From Treponema sp. (GTDB lineage: Bacteria; Spirochaetota; Spirochaetia; Treponematales; Breznakiellaceae): DNA of 64,000 bases. A program made the position numbers and the translations under genes. The notes under the pieces are model-generated. The model was not told the DNA's origin. It ran no database searches and was given only the letters and a program-made list of their open reading frames with translations. The DNA lies in assembly GCA_009781915.1 (NCBI GenBank), contig WQUW01000001.1, positions 225 to 64,224 of the forward strand. The letters run 5' to 3'. Shown here piece after piece: positions 17,210 to 26,974 of the stretch (position 1 is the first letter of the stretch; each line of letters opens with the position of its first letter).

Positions 17210-17307
17210 ACAACTCTAATATAGTAAAAACCGGAAAAAAAAACAATTCGCCTCGTGTGAGTTGCCGCCCATATAGCACAAACCCCGCAAAAACAGTATC
17301 ATTCCCT

Positions 17308-17844
17308 ATGAATAAGGAAGCAGGCAAAGAAGCCTTCGCGCGGGCGCTACAGGGGCGCGCCTTTGAGTATGCGGTTATCCCGGCCGGGGACATAGTCTTT
17401 TCCCCCGAATTGCTGAAAGCCTGCGAGTCAAACGTGTGCGGGAACTACGGCAAATCATGGAGCTGCCCGCCTGCCATCCAGCCGTTGGAAAAACAAAAAG
17501 AGAACATCACCGCCTTCTCCTTCGCCCTTGTTTTTACCACAAAATTCGACCTTGAAGACTCCTTCGATTATGAGGGGATGGTGGAGGCAAAGAAACGCCA
17601 CAGCCGGCTTACCAGCGAAATGCACGAGCGGTTTGGCAAAACCAACCCTGTCTACGGAGCGGGGGCGTGCGCAATCTGTACCCCCTGCGCCTATCCCCAG
17701 CCCTGCAATTTCCCTGAGAAAACATACCTGCCCGTCGAGGCCGCCGGAATTAACGTAACGGAACTCAGCCGGGCCGCGGGAATACGCTACAACAATGGCC
17801 CCAATACCGTTACCTATTTTTCCATAATCCTTTTCAACCAATAA
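17308..17844 (+). CDS. DUF2284-type predicted metal-binding protein
   Basis: CESNVCGNYGKSWSCPP motif and C-terminal CAICTPCAYPQPC. I chose the ATG at 17308 over the upstream alternative start at 17257. Confidence 0.65.
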   Translation: MNKEAGKEAFARALQGRAFEYAVIPAGDIVFSPELLKACESNVCGNYGKSWSCPPAIQPLEKQKENITAFSFALVFTTKFDLEDSFDYEGMVEAKKRHSRLTSEMHERFGKTNPVYGAGACAICTPCAYPQPCNFPEKTYLPVEAAGINVTELSRAAGIRYNNGPNTVTYFSIILFNQ

Positions 17845-17947
17845 CAAAATATTGCTGTTTTTAAGCAAAAGAGATTGTGTCGAAAATCGCGCGGCGGTGG
17901 TACAGTATCATCCATAGACTTCATATCAGGATTAGGAGGTTCGGTGT

Positions 17948-18592
17948 ATGGGCAATTTTGCGAATTCCTTTAACGAAATTTCGGAACTTCTGCAAAAGGG
18001 AAAGGCGAAGGACATTGTTGTTGCTGTCGAAAACGCCTTAAAAGAGGGCGCTGCCCCGGCGGATATTCTTGAAAAAGGTTTGATTTCCGGGATGAGCGTA
18101 ATCGGCGGGAAATTCAAAAATGGCGATGTTTTTGTTCCGGAAGTGCTGATAGCGGCGCGGGCAATGAACCACGCTTCCGCCACCCTTAAACCGGCCCTGA
18201 TGGAAGCCGGGGTAAAGCCTGTGGGCAAGGCCATCATCTGCACTGTGAAAGGCGACCTGCACGACATCGGAAAAAACCTTGTCAGGATGATGATAGAGGG
18301 CAAGGGTGTTGAAGTGCTCGACTTGGGAGTTGATTGCCCCAACGATAAAATTGTTGAGGCCGTGCGGGTGTCGGAAGCCAAGGTTGTGTGCCTGTCCGCC
18401 CTGCTTACCACTACCATGTTAAGCCAAAAGGAAGCGATTGACGCTCTGAAAACGGCGGGCCTTAGGGATAAGGTAAAGATAATGGTTGGCGGCGCGCCGA
18501 TAACCCAGAGCTTTGCCGATGAAATCGGCGCCGACGCCTATACTCCGGACGCTGCCTCGGCGGCGGAAGTGTGCCGGGCGTTTTACAACTAG
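17948..18592 (+). CDS. Corrinoid (cobalamin-binding) methyl-carrier protein, MtaC/MtbC-like
   Basis: N-terminal helical cap plus a Rossmann B12-binding domain with DxHxxG (GDLHDIG), SALLTTT and MVGGAP motifs; 214 aa. Confidence 0.9.
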   Translation: MGNFANSFNEISELLQKGKAKDIVVAVENALKEGAAPADILEKGLISGMSVIGGKFKNGDVFVPEVLIAARAMNHASATLKPALMEAGVKPVGKAIICTVKGDLHDIGKNLVRMMIEGKGVEVLDLGVDCPNDKIVEAVRVSEAKVVCLSALLTTTMLSQKEAIDALKTAGLRDKVKIMVGGAPITQSFADEIGADAYTPDAASAAEVCRAFYN

Positions 18593-20145
18593 GGTTTGTT
18601 CTGAACATACGCCTGCACAACAGTTCCGTTGTCTTACATACTGGCGCGGGGGAAACCATTTTGCTGGCCTGCGCGCGGGCCGGTGTTGTTCTGTCCGCGC
18701 CCTGCGGCGGGCGCCGCCGCTGCGGGAAATGCAGGGTGCGGCTTCTTGAAGGCCAGGTCAAAGGCGACACGCCGGACAGCGAAGGCTGGGTGCGGGCCTG
18801 CGTGGCGGTTGCGGTTTCGGACATCACTATCGCCATCCCCGCGAGCGAAGGAATAACCACAAGCGAAGTTACCGCCTGCGGGCGCTGTCCGGGTGTGCCT
18901 GCGGAAGGCCCTGATTCCCCGGCTGCCGTCCGCGCCGCATCAGTGGCTATTGACATCGGCACTACCACAGTCTCGGCCAGGCTTATTGATACCGCGTCTT
19001 CGCTGGTTTTGGATACAATCTCGGAATTAAATGACCAGCGGGCTTTCGGCGCTGATGTGATGAGCCGCATAGGGGCCGCGAAAAACGGCATGCTGCTTGA
19101 TCTTTTTACCGCCATTAACCGCCAGACAGAGCGGATTCTAACATCTTTTCTAACACGCTGGAATATTCCTCTGATCGAAAGGCTTGCCGTAAGCGGCAAT
19201 ACGGTAATGCTGCATCTTTTCCTTAACGTTGATCCGCGGGGCATGGGAGAATTGCCGTTTACCCCGGTATTCCTTGAAGAAAAAGAATTGCAGGGCCGCG
19301 ATCTTTCGCTTTCTGTGGAAACGGTAGTTGTGCTCCCCTCCATCGCGGCCTTTGTCGGGGGCGACATTACCGCAGGGCTTGCGGCGCTTGATATTCTTAA
19401 CAGCCCCGGCCCGTCCCTGCTAATCGACATAGGCACAAACGGCGAAATGGCCCTTTGCGATAACGGGACAATTCTTTGCTGCGCCACTGCCGCGGGCCCG
19501 GCTTTTGAGGGAGCGGAGATTTCCTGCGGGATGGGCGGAGTCAAAGGGGCAATCAGCGCCGTTGAGCTTGCGCCTTTAGGAGAGAGCGCTGTGTCGTTTA
19601 CCACTATCGGAAATGTCCCGCCTTTAGGCGTTTGCGGATCGGGACTTATTGACGCTGTGGCTGCCATGCTTAAACTTGGAATAATAGACGAAACAGGGCA
19701 TATGATGGACAGCGCCGGTTCGCGGGGCGGGTTTTACCTTGCGCCGGGTGTTTCAATCAGCGCGGGTGACATACGGCAATTCCAGCTTGCCAAAAGCGCC
19801 ATTCTTTCCGGCATCAAGATACTTTGCAAGAACGCAGGGGTTTTGCTTACGGAAATAAAAAATGTGTTTATTGCCGGGGGCTTTGGGTTTTTTATCAACA
19901 AGCAAAACGCGATAGATGCCGGAATCTTTCCGCCTGAGTTTGGCGCCGCGATTACCATTTGCGGAAATTTAAGCCTTCAAGGGGCCGAAGAATGTCTGGG
20001 CGCGAAGGAGTTCATGGACAAGTGCAAACAAGTAATTGACGTGTGCCGGGTTATCGATCTTGCCGCCGATCCGTCCTTTATGGACGAGTTCGCGGAGAAT
20101 ATGCTGTTTGATATCAGTCAGGAAGCAAAACACCATGCCGGTTAA
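18571..20145 (+). CDS. Reductive activator of corrinoid proteins (RACo/AcsV-like: 2Fe-2S ferredoxin plus ASKHA ATPase)
   Basis: N-terminal plant-type ferredoxin cysteines (APCGGRRRCGKCRV); ASKHA phosphate motifs (AIDIGTTTV, LLIDIGTNGEM). The GTG start at 18571 is uncertain and overlaps the corrinoid protein gene. Confidence 0.8.
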   Translation: MPGVLQLGFVLNIRLHNSSVVLHTGAGETILLACARAGVVLSAPCGGRRRCGKCRVRLLEGQVKGDTPDSEGWVRACVAVAVSDITIAIPASEGITTSEVTACGRCPGVPAEGPDSPAAVRAASVAIDIGTTTVSARLIDTASSLVLDTISELNDQRAFGADVMSRIGAAKNGMLLDLFTAINRQTERILTSFLTRWNIPLIERLAVSGNTVMLHLFLNVDPRGMGELPFTPVFLEEKELQGRDLSLSVETVVVLPSIAAFVGGDITAGLAALDILNSPGPSLLIDIGTNGEMALCDNGTILCCATAAGPAFEGAEISCGMGGVKGAISAVELAPLGESAVSFTTIGNVPPLGVCGSGLIDAVAAMLKLGIIDETGHMMDSAGSRGGFYLAPGVSISAGDIRQFQLAKSAILSGIKILCKNAGVLLTEIKNVFIAGGFGFFINKQNAIDAGIFPPEFGAAITICGNLSLQGAEECLGAKEFMDKCKQVIDVCRVIDLAADPSFMDEFAENMLFDISQEAKHHAG

Positions 20146-21427
20146 ACATGACCGCTGGTACTTGAAAGAGGTTCTCGATCTTGAACAGCTAAAAAAACTA
20201 TTCAAGCATTTTTCAATAATCACAAACATAGATGTAGCGCTCTTTGATTTTGCGGGCCGTGAAATCCTCGCTGTCAGAAAAGAAAATTCCGTTTGCCAGT
20301 TCGCGAAAAACGGGCCCAAATGCCGGGAGCATATTTCATCAGGAAGTTTGCGCGCCTCGGAGCTTGGCGAACCCTACATTTCCGCCTGCGGCTGCGGTCT
20401 TATTATGTGCTTTTCCCCCATTATGTACAAAGAACGGCTTATTGGTTCCATTGCCTGCGGGCCGACGGTGCTTTGGGATGCTGATGAAGTGGCGATGAAG
20501 GAATTCATGGAAAAAACCAAAGATATGGGCATTCATGTTGACATTGGCGAACTGTTTCATTCAATTACTTCGTGTACGTGTACAAACATGACCAGTTCCG
20601 CGCAGATTTTATTTATAATTGTTAACAGCCTGACCAAAGAGCACAGCGTATACCTCAATCAGAGGGCGCGCATTACCGAACAGCAGGCCAAGATCGCCGA
20701 ATTGATCATCGGCCAAAAGAACGCCGCCGGAACAAAACTAAAAAAGGAAATCCGTTCTACCGGCCCTGGTTATCCCATTGAAAGGGAAAAGGAACTTATT
20801 GTTTGCGTACAAAACGGAAATATAGAGCAATCGAAGAAAATATTAAATATTCTTTTAGGAGAGATTTTTTCTTTTGCCGACGGCAACCTTGACGCAATCA
20901 GAGTGCGCCTTTTTGAACTAAACGCCTTTTTCTCCCGTGCCGCGGTGGAAACAGGCGCGCCCATGTCCGACATAAATGAAATCGCCGTTAACTCGTTTAA
21001 TATTATCCATGATGATTTGGATTTTGGGCAGATTTGTTTCCTTGCCAGCCAGACGATGGAAGAATTTGTCCGCCTTATAGGCCGCAACCGCACCCAAAAA
21101 AAGATAAGCGAATATCTTTCCCGGGCTGTCGATTACATGGCGCTTAACTACACGGAAGAATTGACCCTTAGAAAGGTGGCTGACGCTGTTTTTATTAGCT
21201 CTTTTTATTTGAGCCACTTATTCCGCAAGGAGATGAACACCACTTTCTCGGATCATCTTTGTAAAATCCGCATAGATAATGCCAAGGCTTTTTTGAAAAA
21301 TGAAAGGAACCCAAGGATTCAGGAGATTGCGGAGAAAACCGGATTTAACGATCCCAATTATTTCGCTAAATCTTTTAAGAAGATGGTTGGTATAGCGCCC
21401 CGGGAGTACAAGAATTTTTTCAGGTGA
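20135..21427 (+). CDS. PocR sensory domain / AraC-family transcriptional regulator
   Basis: N-terminal PocR-like region (ITNIDVALFDFAGREI...CQFAKNGPKCREH...YISACGCGLIMCFSPI); C-terminal AraC HTH (FISSFYLSHLFRKEMNTTFSDHL...GFNDPNYFAKSFKKMVGIAPREY). The ATG at 20135 overlaps the RACo stop. Confidence 0.85.
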   Translation: MPVKHDRWYLKEVLDLEQLKKLFKHFSIITNIDVALFDFAGREILAVRKENSVCQFAKNGPKCREHISSGSLRASELGEPYISACGCGLIMCFSPIMYKERLIGSIACGPTVLWDADEVAMKEFMEKTKDMGIHVDIGELFHSITSCTCTNMTSSAQILFIIVNSLTKEHSVYLNQRARITEQQAKIAELIIGQKNAAGTKLKKEIRSTGPGYPIEREKELIVCVQNGNIEQSKKILNILLGEIFSFADGNLDAIRVRLFELNAFFSRAAVETGAPMSDINEIAVNSFNIIHDDLDFGQICFLASQTMEEFVRLIGRNRTQKKISEYLSRAVDYMALNYTEELTLRKVADAVFISSFYLSHLFRKEMNTTFSDHLCKIRIDNAKAFLKNERNPRIQEIAEKTGFNDPNYFAKSFKKMVGIAPREYKNFFR

Positions 21428-21450
21428 TTATTCAAACAAGATAGTACAGA

Positions 21451-21471
21451 TTTTGAGCAATATGATTAATG
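21451..21471 (+). promoter_or_regulatory. Conserved 21-nt motif TTTTGAGCAATATGATTAATG upstream of TRAP operon 1 (candidate operator or promoter element)
   Basis: A 20-of-21 identical copy (TTTTGAGCAATATAATTAATG) lies at 28507-28527, in the same orientation, upstream of TRAP operon 2. Confidence 0.5.
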
Positions 21472-21577
21472 ATTTCTTGATATTCTGTGTGACAAAGACC
21501 TGAATCGATGTTACTATAGAGGTACAAAAAATAATCGTAGCGGTTATTACATTTTTTCTTGTTATGGAGGGAAGACT

Positions 21578-22582
21578 ATGTTGGCAAGGTCAAAAATTGC
21601 AGGTAGCATTCTTGTAGTGCTGATTGCTAGTTTCATCACATCTTGCGCGAGGGACGACAGGATCATTATGAGGGTAGGTGATGTTTGGAGCGCAAGCCAC
21701 CCCAATTCCTACAGCATTATTAATGTTTTCAAACCTATGATTGAAGAAGGGACAAACGGTGCGATTTATGTAGAAATTTATGGTGCGGGAGCCCTTGGCA
21801 GCGAACAGACCTTATGGGACAGCGTACGCAGTGGCGCGTTAGAGGTTGGTATTTTGGGTACCTTGATAAGCAGCGAATACAGGCCCATGGTCATCGCTGA
21901 GTGGCCATTTTTGTACAGAGATGTGGAACACGCTAAAAGCGTATGGACTGGCAGCTTTGCCGAAGAGTTCATGAGTGATTTCAATTCCGCATTTTCTACT
22001 CAGATGAATCTTCTGGCAGTGGGCCCCAATAGCGCGCGTACATTTACTTCAAATGTTCCGCTCAGAAGTATACATGACTTCAGTGGGCAAAGGTTTCGTG
22101 TACCTGCGACGCAAGTACATGTGGGAATCGTTAACGACCTTGGCGCCAGTTCCCATATCATACCGCTTACAGACCTGTTTAGTTCAATGCAGACAGGAGT
22201 TGTTGATGGTCAGGATAATGGAATGGTTACCGTGTTAAGCGAGAGGTTTCACGAAGTGCAGAGGTATCTGCTTGAAACAAACCATCTTGTGGCAATAATG
22301 ACGACCGTTATAAATGCACCATTCTTAAACAGTCTGCGCCCGGAATATCAACAAGTTGTGCGGGATGCCGCAAGGGCAGCGGCAGTTTCTGCGTGGGAAG
22401 CCTATATCGTGTCCCTTGACAATGACCGTCAAACTCTCAGAAACTTGGGCGTTACCGTTACGCAGGTCTCTGATAGCGAAAGACTCCAATTCATTGAGGC
22501 CATTCAGCCGACCCTTTCTCATCTTCATGCAGAAAACCCCTGGGCACAGGAGGTTCTGACCAGAATAGGAAACGTGAGGTAA
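21578..22582 (+). CDS. TRAP transporter substrate-binding lipoprotein (DctP family), paralog 1
   Basis: Lipobox ITSC. DctP-type motifs (LGSEQTLWDSVRSGALE, GPNSARTFTS, RFRVPA, GVVDGQDNG). Confidence 0.88.
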   Translation: MLARSKIAGSILVVLIASFITSCARDDRIIMRVGDVWSASHPNSYSIINVFKPMIEEGTNGAIYVEIYGAGALGSEQTLWDSVRSGALEVGILGTLISSEYRPMVIAEWPFLYRDVEHAKSVWTGSFAEEFMSDFNSAFSTQMNLLAVGPNSARTFTSNVPLRSIHDFSGQRFRVPATQVHVGIVNDLGASSHIIPLTDLFSSMQTGVVDGQDNGMVTVLSERFHEVQRYLLETNHLVAIMTTVINAPFLNSLRPEYQQVVRDAARAAAVSAWEAYIVSLDNDRQTLRNLGVTVTQVSDSERLQFIEAIQPTLSHLHAENPWAQEVLTRIGNVR

Positions 22583-22653
22583 TGATACACTAGAGATACA
22601 AAAAATAACCGGTAGCGGTTGTTATATTTTTTCGTGTTTTATGGAGGAAGACT

Positions 22654-23655
22654 ATGTTGGCAAGATCAAAAATCGTAGGTAGCATTCTTGTAATGCTGAT
22701 TGCTGGTTTCGTCACGTCTTGCACGAGGGACGATAGAATCATCATAAGAGTGGGCGATGTTTGGAGCATAAGCCACCCAAATTCTTACAGTATTGCTAGT
22801 GTTTTCAAGTCCATGGTTGAAGACGGGACAAACGGCGCTATTTACGTTGAGGTTTATCACTCGGGCGCCCTTGGCAGTGAGCAGACCCTTTGGGACAGCG
22901 TACGCAGCGGTGTTGTGGAAATGGTTCTTGTAGGCAGTGTCCTGGCAACTGAATATCCGCCCCTTTTGATATCCGACTGGCCGTTTCTGTACAGGGATGT
23001 CGAACACGCCATGAAAGTGTGGACAGGCGAGTTTGCCGATGAGTTTAAAACGAACTTCAACGCTCATTTCCCCACAATGACTCTTTTGGCATTGGGCCCC
23101 AACAGCGCGCGTACGTTTACATCTCGTCTTCCACTCAGAAGTATGGATGATTTCGTCGGGCAAAGAATTCGTATGCCTGCAAATCCCATACACAATGGCA
23201 TAGTCAACGATCTTGGCGCCAGCTCTCAGGTAATACCGCTTACGGATCTGTTTACCTCCCTACAGACCGGAGTTGCTGACGGTCAAGACAATGGAATGGT
23301 TACCGTGCTGAGCGAAAGGTTTAATGAAGTGCAAAGCTATTTATTTGAAACAAATCATATGATAGCGATAATGCCGACTGTTATAAATACGCAATTTCTA
23401 AACAGTTTAAGTCAGGAGCATCAGCAAATTATCCGGAATGCGGCAAGGGCGGCATCTATATCAGCATGGGAAAATTATCTTCTTTCTCTCGATTCTGATC
23501 GTGAGAGGCTTAGAGAACTTGGCGTTACTGTAACCCAGCTCGATGAAGCTGAAAGAGAAAGAATAATTCAGGCGATTCAGCCGACTCTTGCCATGCTCCA
23601 CGAGCAAAATCCTTGGGCACAGGAAGCCATTGAGAGAGTGGGAAATATAAGATGA
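22654..23655 (+). CDS. TRAP transporter substrate-binding lipoprotein (DctP family), paralog 2 (tandem duplicate)
   Basis: About 80% identical to paralog 1 over the first 60 aa (hand count). The duplicated 5' leader includes the RBS. Confidence 0.88.
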   Translation: MLARSKIVGSILVMLIAGFVTSCTRDDRIIIRVGDVWSISHPNSYSIASVFKSMVEDGTNGAIYVEVYHSGALGSEQTLWDSVRSGVVEMVLVGSVLATEYPPLLISDWPFLYRDVEHAMKVWTGEFADEFKTNFNAHFPTMTLLALGPNSARTFTSRLPLRSMDDFVGQRIRMPANPIHNGIVNDLGASSQVIPLTDLFTSLQTGVADGQDNGMVTVLSERFNEVQSYLFETNHMIAIMPTVINTQFLNSLSQEHQQIIRNAARAASISAWENYLLSLDSDRERLRELGVTVTQLDEAERERIIQAIQPTLAMLHEQNPWAQEAIERVGNIR

Positions 23656-24164
23656 TGAATACACTCATTGCCCGGCTGTTCCGAGTAATTGAGATAATGA
23701 TAGCCGTGTTCCTCGGACTGATGATTCTGCTTGTGTTTATGAACGTGGTAGCGCGTTACGTGTTCAATATCGGCTTTGTGTGGTCTGAGGAAATAGCGCG
23801 GCTTTGTTTTATATTTCTTGTATATTTGGGCTCTATAGAAGCCATGCGGGATAATCGCCACCTTATGGTTGATACAGTACTGCTCAAACTTCCCAAGGTG
23901 TTGCGGGTCGGTGTCTATGCTCTTACTCAGGTGGGCATTATATGGGTGATGTCTGTGCTTCTCCGCGGTGCATGGAGGGTTGTGCTTATGACTAGGCACA
24001 ATGTATGGGTTGCCACCGGTTTCCCTGCGCATTTCGTACATTTCTTTGGCTGCATACTTGCCGCTTCCATCATGCTTATAGGGGTGATGAATCTTGTCCG
24101 CCTTTTTGTATTCAAAATGCCGGTGGAAGAATTAATTCGGATGCGGGGCGGCTCTGGCTCGTAA
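23652..24164 (+). CDS. TRAP transporter small permease (DctQ family)
   Basis: 170 aa with four predicted TM helices and the N.V.RY.F.....W.EE..R pattern (NVVARYVFNIGFVWSEEIARL). The start overlaps the upstream stop. Confidence 0.85.
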   Translation: MMNTLIARLFRVIEIMIAVFLGLMILLVFMNVVARYVFNIGFVWSEEIARLCFIFLVYLGSIEAMRDNRHLMVDTVLLKLPKVLRVGVYALTQVGIIWVMSVLLRGAWRVVLMTRHNVWVATGFPAHFVHFFGCILAASIMLIGVMNLVRLFVFKMPVEELIRMRGGSGS

Positions 24165-24203
24165 TGGCGGCGGTGAGAAAGCGCTGCTGGAAAGGGAACG
24201 TTA

Positions 24204-25550
24204 ATGATAGAGATTTTAGCGACCATTTATTTGGGCTCGATGATCGTTGCGATAATTCTGGGTATGCCCATTGCGTTTGCGATCCTTATTTCCGCTGTCT
24301 TTACCGGGCTTTTCATGGGTGGTGGACCGGCGAACCCTCAGGTAATAGCCCTTCAGCTTATGCAGGGCTCTGACAGCGTTGTGCTTATGGCAGTGCCGTT
24401 TTTTGTGCTTGCTGGCGAATTTATGAATCGTGGCGGCCTTACCAAACGCATCATCGCCTTTAGTGAAATTTTCGTAGGGAACATTAGAGGCGGGCATGGC
24501 TACATTGTAATTTTGGCCTGTCTGTTTTTTTCGAGCCTTGTTGGTTCGGCAGTGGCGAGTACGGCGGCGTTGGGGGGAATACTTATCCCAATGATGGCTA
24601 AAGCGGGGTATAGCCGCGCAAAGGCCGCAGGGCTCGTGGCCGGTTCGAATTTGGTATCGCCTATCATGCCGCCTTCCGTACCCATGATTATTTACGCAGT
24701 TGTAGCTGGTCAATCTATTCATTATCTTTTTTTAGGCGGAATAGCTCCGGCCCTTTACCTTACACTCTTTATGGGTATTGCATGGTTTTTTGTTTCCCGC
24801 AATGATGCTATACGCACAAACAGAAAACGTCCTACGGCAAAAGAGGCATTCAAGAGTTTTTTGGGCGGATTTTGGGCCCTGCTTTTGCCGGTTATTATTC
24901 TTGTTGGTTTGCGGGGAGGTATTTTTACTGCTACCGAAGCGGGTGTAATAGCCGTAGTATACGCAATAATCGTAGGGGCTGTTGTTTACCGGGAACTTAA
25001 ACCCGCTGATTTCTTTAAAGCATTTATTTCCGGCGCAAAGATGTCGGCGGTAGTTATGTTCCTTACTGCGACTGCGCTGGTTTCAGCATTTTACCTTACT
25101 ATTTCGCGTATTCCTATTGGAATTATAGACGCTCTCGCTCCGCTGGTTGACAATCCAATGTTGCTGCATCTGCTTCTGCAAATAATCATTATTGTTTTGG
25201 GGCTTGTTATGGATGTCGTGCCGACAATATTGATCATGACTCCTATCATGCTGCCTTTAGTAGTTGCTGCCGGTATTGATCTTGTGTATTTCGGCATTGT
25301 TTTTACGCTTGCTAACGTAACTGGCCTAATTACACCGCCAGTTGGGCCGGTGCTGAACGTGGCGTGCGCGACTGGAAATGTAAAGATGGAAGATGTTATT
25401 CCAACAGCCTTACCCTATTTCTTTTTCCAGTGTGTTTTGGTGATTGTTTTTGTTCTGTTCCCCGAAACCATCACGGCACCGCTTAGATTGATAGCAGGCT
25501 ACAATGCGTTACCCATGCAGAACATTATTCAAGTGCTATTCAGTAACTAA
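24204..25550 (+). CDS. TRAP transporter large permease (DctM family)
   Basis: 448-aa polytopic membrane protein. Motifs such as AVPFFVLAGEFMNRGGLTKR and VGSAVASTAALGGILIPMM are typical of DctM. Confidence 0.9.
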   Translation: MIEILATIYLGSMIVAIILGMPIAFAILISAVFTGLFMGGGPANPQVIALQLMQGSDSVVLMAVPFFVLAGEFMNRGGLTKRIIAFSEIFVGNIRGGHGYIVILACLFFSSLVGSAVASTAALGGILIPMMAKAGYSRAKAAGLVAGSNLVSPIMPPSVPMIIYAVVAGQSIHYLFLGGIAPALYLTLFMGIAWFFVSRNDAIRTNRKRPTAKEAFKSFLGGFWALLLPVIILVGLRGGIFTATEAGVIAVVYAIIVGAVVYRELKPADFFKAFISGAKMSAVVMFLTATALVSAFYLTISRIPIGIIDALAPLVDNPMLLHLLLQIIIIVLGLVMDVVPTILIMTPIMLPLVVAAGIDLVYFGIVFTLANVTGLITPPVGPVLNVACATGNVKMEDVIPTALPYFFFQCVLVIVFVLFPETITAPLRLIAGYNALPMQNIIQVLFSN

Positions 25551-25551
25551 A

Positions 25552-25596
25552 ACCGCCCTACCGGCATTTCTGCTGGCAGGGCGGTCTGTTTTTTTA
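25552..25596 (+). terminator. Intrinsic terminator after TRAP operon 1 (also at the 3' end of the convergent URO-D-like gene)
   Basis: Hairpin 25552-25564 / 25573-25585 (8 bp, one mismatch, then 4 bp including a GU pair; 8-nt loop), followed by a T7 run at 25589-25595. Confidence 0.7.
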
Positions 25597-26865
25597 TGCT
25601 CCAGCTCTGCTGTTAAATTCCTTAACAGCATTCACCATAGCAATAAAATTTTCCAGTGGTGTTTTTGCCTGCGCATTGTGGATCGTGTTGAAGACGAAAC
25701 CGCCAGCGGGGGAGAAAATGCGGCAACGTTCTAGAACTTCCTGGCGGACTTCTTCCGGCGTACCGAAAGGCAGGGTTTTCTGCGTGTCGACACCGCCGCC
25801 CCAAAAGGCAAGGCGGCTACCGTAAGTCTTTTTAAGATGTGCAGGATCCATATTTGCGGCGGAACACTGTACAGGGTTCAGGATATCAATTCCAGCATCT
25901 GCCATGGGGCCGATAAGAGGTTCAATTGAACCGCAACAATGTTTGAACACTTTCCACGGCGTGTTGTTGTGAATCCAGTCGCACATGCGGTTGTGGTATG
26001 GGTAGAAAACTTCTTTGTATGTGTCTACGGAAAAGAACGTGTTCAACTGGGTTCCATAATCGCCGGTACACAGCATAATAAGATCAATATCACCGCCTGC
26101 TACTTTGTAAACTTTCTCCAGGTTTTTTACCGCAATAATTGACTGTATGTCAAACACACTTTGAACAAATTCCGGATACGCTACAAATGCCATGTACCAG
26201 TCAGCCAGGCGACGCATACCCAGAGGTTTCTTGTGACCAATGCCATAGAAGCCGGAAGGTGAACTCAGAGAGCCGCCGGGAAGGGTAAACATTACAGCTC
26301 TGCCCGTAGCCCTTGCGGCTTTCGCGTTTTCGGCAATTTTCTTTACTGTTTCGTCTGACAATTCGGAAAAATCCGCCGCATTATCTTTTGGGTCTGGATT
26401 ATCTTCGTCGTATGGCTGCTGACGCTCAATGACATCGAAGAAATAGCCGTTGGAAGGCATTTTTGCGCTTGGTGGAACGGCCCTGTCACCTTGGGGGTAG
26501 GCAACATAACCGCCATCTTCCACTTGATCCAATTCCATCGTTTTTGGGATAAGAATCTTCTGGCCCCAATGTGTCTGCCATTCTTTCCATTCATCAAGGC
26601 GGTTCCCGAAGATGGAGGAAACCGGCATGACCATTGCGGTATCAATATCCATTGCGTCCATAAGATCTTCTTCTATCCATCCAAGCATCTGGAAAGGGTC
26701 AAAAGCTTTTACGGGACGCTTTTCAAGTCCGTAATAGTCTCGAAGCTGTTCCACAACACTGCAATGAATGCCGGTACACTGTGCGCTACCAAAGTCAAGG
26801 GGAATGCGATCGGGCTGCCGGTGATTCACCGCATCCAGAACTCTTTTTCTTCTTTCATCTGCCAT
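25594..26865 (-). CDS. Uroporphyrinogen decarboxylase (URO-D) family protein, MtaA/methyltransferase-like, long form (paralog 1)
   Basis: 423 aa from ATG 26865, with an AGGAG RBS. The URO-D-like C-terminal half has FKHCCGSIEPLI, DILNPVQ and FWGGGVDTQ. It is paralogous to the 31465-32679 protein. Confidence 0.75.
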   Translation of the reverse strand: MADERRKRVLDAVNHRQPDRIPLDFGSAQCTGIHCSVVEQLRDYYGLEKRPVKAFDPFQMLGWIEEDLMDAMDIDTAMVMPVSSIFGNRLDEWKEWQTHWGQKILIPKTMELDQVEDGGYVAYPQGDRAVPPSAKMPSNGYFFDVIERQQPYDEDNPDPKDNAADFSELSDETVKKIAENAKAARATGRAVMFTLPGGSLSSPSGFYGIGHKKPLGMRRLADWYMAFVAYPEFVQSVFDIQSIIAVKNLEKVYKVAGGDIDLIMLCTGDYGTQLNTFFSVDTYKEVFYPYHNRMCDWIHNNTPWKVFKHCCGSIEPLIGPMADAGIDILNPVQCSAANMDPAHLKKTYGSRLAFWGGGVDTQKTLPFGTPEEVRQEVLERCRIFSPAGGFVFNTIHNAQAKTPLENFIAMVNAVKEFNSRAGA

Positions 26866-26974
26866 GTTAATCTCCTGAATACTATTTTTTCGCCGAAGCG
26901 CCTTCTTCTGCAAATTATACAGCATATCCAATAAAAACGATGGTCATGGAAAATGGTATTTACAATTCCAAATT

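Noticed and set aside
16716-17393. 225-aa ORF on the minus strand in another frame over the Na/Pi transporter start
   Set aside because: It overlaps the strongly supported transporter gene in a different frame and has an Arg/His-rich composition.
18462-19667. 401-aa ORF on the minus strand
   Set aside because: It lies entirely antisense to the well-supported corrinoid protein and RACo genes. It has an Ala/Pro/Ser/Arg-rich low-complexity translation with no motifs, which is a typical high-GC antisense artefact.
24642-24650. GGTTCGAAT, a tRNA T-loop-like word
   Set aside because: It lies inside the DctM coding frame with no flanking acceptor or anticodon arm complementarity. No other tRNA-like or rRNA-like sequence was noticed in the window.
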